Below are positions 15,372 through 17,758 of a DNA stretch of 17,758 nucleotides, in pieces (positions within the stretch are counted from its first letter, which is position 1; each line of letters starts with the position of its first letter). The position numbers were made by a program, and so were the translations under genes. The notes beneath the pieces were generated by a model that saw only the letters and a program-made list of their open reading frames with translations, was not told where the DNA came from and ran no database searches. The DNA comes from a virus, in the IMG/VR virus record IMGVR_UViG_3300027902_000035; one strand, given 5' to 3'.

Positions 15372-16050
15372 TTTATCCTAATTTTTAAAAAGGTTGCTCT
15401 TAGAAGAATTGGACTCTCTCTATGCACCTGGGCTACGTGTATAGCCATGATTCACTGTCTATTAATAGCTTATAGATCATCGTAGATTTCCCAGGTAGAG
15501 CCGTCATGCTTTTTGTGCCGATACATGAACATGGCTACATATCGTTGCAATCAATTCTTGCATAAAAGCAACCTTCATAAATTTTTCTCTGTCATAAAAG
15601 CGATAACTACTAATATAGAAAGCAAAGTTAAGAATATTGTCAAAAATCGAGACTTACACGCAACACAGAAAATTATCGATATTGCAACAAACACGAATGA
15701 CGGTAAAAATCTTTTCGGAAGGAAATCGTTAAGAAATTTGTCAAAAAATGACTGTTTTTGGATCTGAAATTGTTGAAAACTTGAGTCTTTATAAACTGAA
15801 GTTGACGTTGCTGTTGACGATAAAGCAGAAAAAAATACTAAAAAACAAATTGTTTTCATATCGAAAAGTATAAAGTAAATTTGAGACACACGGGTGTTTT
15901 TTCGGATAAAATCTTTTTAATTTTATTTTTATACCACAAAAATCGTAACCTCTGTTTAATAAAAAATATTCTAATACAGAAAATTTCATTTTTTTCATCT
16001 ATAACAAAACTGTCTTGTAAAAAACCAAAATAAACCATTAAATATTTAAT

Positions 16051-16125
16051 GTCGTTTAAAGTTATTATTTGTGAATTCATATATTCAACGTCTTTTAAAG
16101 TTATTTGCGAATTCATATTTATTCT
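16051..16125. repeat. imperfect tandem repeat, 2 units of about 36-39 bp (GTCKTTTAAAGTTATT(ATT)TGYGAATTCATATWTTC)
   Basis: Plus-strand gtcgtttaaagttattatttgtgaattcatatattcaac is followed directly by gtcttttaaagttatttgcgaattcatatttattc. Confidence 0.5.
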
Positions 16126-16276
16126 TTCTTTTGTGCGTAACCAGTGGCACAGATACCGACGATACAAATATCAACGAGCATTGCTATACCTATCCATAAA
16201 GGAGATAGACCTAATCCATGAACCATGCCCCAAATAATCGAGAACGTGATCATTTTGTTTTTTTACCTATTCATTC

Positions 16277-16783
16277 TTAAATAGCATAAAGGTCAAGTTT
16301 AATATGCGGTATTTTACCCAACTCATAAATAAATGTTATTTTTGAATAATTTGTGATTTTATTACCGTTATGATTAACATCGGTTTTATTATTGCAAGTG
16401 ACAATATTGAATTCGTTTGATGCTATATTTACAACAAATTCAACATTATGGCTTAAATATGACTGTACATCAAATGAACTATATATATTTAAAATGTGAG
16501 TCTCTGTGATTTCATCTTTGATCTTGCTATGTGAACTACGCGCAGCAGAGTAAGACAATAATTTTACATCTTGCAAACCTATATCATTCTTTGATACGTA
16601 AATGTCTGTAGAATTCGGCAGTTTTGTTATTTTAAAGACTATTTTTTCTATTTTTTCAATGGTTGCTATATGACCACATCTAAGACATCTGTAAGAGGTA
16701 GCACCATTAATAGGCCCTCGTTTGTGGGACGCGCCGCAGATGCAGTGAAAAGTTCCGGTGTCATCTACAAAAGCTGTTTCCAT
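16277..16783 (-). CDS. hypothetical protein, 168 aa, with N-terminal Zn-ribbon (HCICG...CLRCGH)
   Basis: GAGGAA RBS 6 nt upstream. CxC...CxxC in the first 40 aa. Confidence 0.5.
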   Translation of the reverse strand: METAFVDDTGTFHCICGASHKRGPINGATSYRCLRCGHIATIEKIEKIVFKITKLPNSTDIYVSKNDIGLQDVKLLSYSAARSSHSKIKDEITETHILNIYSSFDVQSYLSHNVEFVVNIASNEFNIVTCNNKTDVNHNGNKITNYSKITFIYELGKIPHIKLDLYAI

Positions 16784-16792
16784 AAAAATTCC

Positions 16793-17278
16793 TCACTCGG
16801 CTTTAGCTACACATAAAAAATCTTTGTTCATGTTAATAAAAATACGTTTCTTCAAATAATTTACCTGAAATGTGATGTTTGGTTTATTTTTGATTAACCA
16901 ATCGACAAATTGACCGATCGTCTTATCTTCTGTCATCACATAAGAAGTACTCGGAAAAGCTCTACTGCCTATAAGTTTTATATTAAAAACATGATCTGGT
17001 TGCTTAGAATGATTATGGCACGTAAAGATCTGATCGCGTAAATCTGCAATAATGTGTCCGTAATCATCACATACATACACACCACGACCAGCTGCACCAT
17101 CTTTTAAGAAGAAGGTCATATAATTTTTACAATCTTTATGGCTGCAGTTTATTTTAAGTTTTGGGGCATAAGTACCGTCTCTCATCCGCATTATTTTAGC
17201 CGGGCCATGATATGTTTTGATAGAGAGGCCAAGATGTTTTTTAGTAAATTGTAAAGGCATGTCATCAATATGTTTCAT
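16793..17278 (-). CDS. hypothetical protein, 161 aa (several Cys/His)
   Basis: ORF from the track, 9 bp from the downstream gene. It is the first gene of the minus-strand array, read from the 127-bp divergent region. Confidence 0.5.
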   Translation of the reverse strand: MKHIDDMPLQFTKKHLGLSIKTYHGPAKIMRMRDGTYAPKLKINCSHKDCKNYMTFFLKDGAAGRGVYVCDDYGHIIADLRDQIFTCHNHSKQPDHVFNIKLIGSRAFPSTSYVMTEDKTIGQFVDWLIKNKPNITFQVNYLKKRIFINMNKDFLCVAKAE

Positions 17279-17414
17279 AAATTATCTTTCAAACAAATTA
17301 TTTTTTATTTTAAACATACATAGAAATCTTAGTAATCTTCATAATTTATAATCACAAAAATAATCATAGACCTATTAATCTTTTTATAATCCTGATTTAT
17401 AAATAGGATAAAAT

Positions 17415-17758
17415 ATGGATGAAGAAACAAAACAAAAAATAAAGCAAACATTAAAAGAAACTAAATTAAAGCGTAGATCACAGAAATGTAAAGTATTTAC
17501 TATTAAAATAGATGAATCTAGACTAAATAAAGAAAAAGAACAACTTAAAATGTTCTTTGTTGAGGCTAAATGGTTATATAACAACATAATAGCCAGTAAA
17601 GATCCATTTCATTATAAATATAAAAATAATGTTGTAACTATTTTTAATAAAGACAAGCAGCCAGAACAAAGAAAATTAAAATTTTTAACAACAACTACCA
17701 GATATTATCTTATGAAATCTATACGACAAAGTATAATTAATCTATCTAAAGCAAGCAA
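17415..17758 (+). mobile_element. tnpB: TnpB-like (IS200/IS605 OrfB / RNA-guided nuclease family) gene, N-terminal 114 codons, truncated by the window end
   Basis: Plus-strand ATG at 17415 with AGGA 7 nt upstream. The product MDEETKQKIKQTLKETKLKRRSQKCKVFTIKIDESRLNKEKEQLKMFFVEAKWLYNNIIA fits the OrfB_IS605 N-terminal pattern (K-A/V-Y/F-K-F/I-K-L ... KEQ..L......R.VYN..L). The ORF is open to the end of the window. Confidence 0.55.

Noticed and set aside
15082-15381. A plus-strand 99-aa ORF opposite the SMR-like gene.
   Set aside because: It has no RBS. The minus-strand partner has an AGGA RBS and a coherent four-helix hydropathy pattern, so the A-richness of the plus strand there is explained by Leu/Ile/Phe codons of the minus-strand gene.
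1-17758. A CRISPR array, rRNA, or integrase/att signature.
   Set aside because: There are no regularly spaced direct repeats with unique spacers, no rRNA-like conserved blocks, and no tyrosine or serine recombinase motif in any translated ORF. Only the short repeats listed above were found.
1-17758. Eukaryotic giant-virus (Nucleocytoviricota) origin, suggested by MVP, the tRNA, the Fanzor/TnpB-like gene, the AT-richness and the one-strand gene array.
   Set aside because: Purine-rich Shine-Dalgarno motifs (AGGAGG, AAGGAG, GGGAGG) sit at canonical spacing before most starts. The stop/start overlaps (ATGA, TGATG) indicate prokaryotic translational coupling.

Overview
This 17.8 kb window is AT-rich and almost entirely coding on the minus strand: more than 35 tightly packed genes, mostly small (45-260 aa), with 0-25 bp gaps and overlapping stop/start signals (ATGA, TGATG, TAAATG). 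Most starts sit 4-9 nt downstream of a purine-rich AGGAGG/AAGGAG/GGGAGG motif, so this is prokaryotic translation, probably a phage, prophage or other mobile accessory region, not eukaryotic or giant-virus DNA. GC content, judged by eye, falls from left (about 40-45% at 2.9-5.5 kb) to right (about 20-30% at 15.4-16.4 kb). The standout gene is an 821-aa full-length major vault protein (MVP) homolog at 2062..4527, on the minus strand. It shows the MVP N-terminal repeat signature, a central domain positioned like the MVP shoulder domain (inferred from position only), a long coiled-coil (cap-helix-like) segment and a C-terminal Gly-rich tail. It heads a translationally coupled four-gene module that includes a putative papain-fold cysteine peptidase. 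Other recognisable elements are an HD-superfamily (HDIG-motif) phosphohydrolase, an atypical tRNA-Val-like gene on the minus strand, and a diverged paralog pair of a Cys-rich HWWQNIQL-motif family with a 30-bp fossil of a segmental duplication. There are also many tiny Cys-rich/Zn-ribbon proteins, a 4-TM SMR/DMT-like membrane protein, a roughly 900-bp A-rich region of uncertain coding status with a 36-39 bp tandem repeat, and the N-terminal part of a TnpB-like (IS200/IS605 OrfB) gene on the plus strand at the right edge. Most other proteins are hypothetical. No CRISPR array or rRNA was seen. All identifications rest on reading the sequence and translations by eye; none has been confirmed by search.
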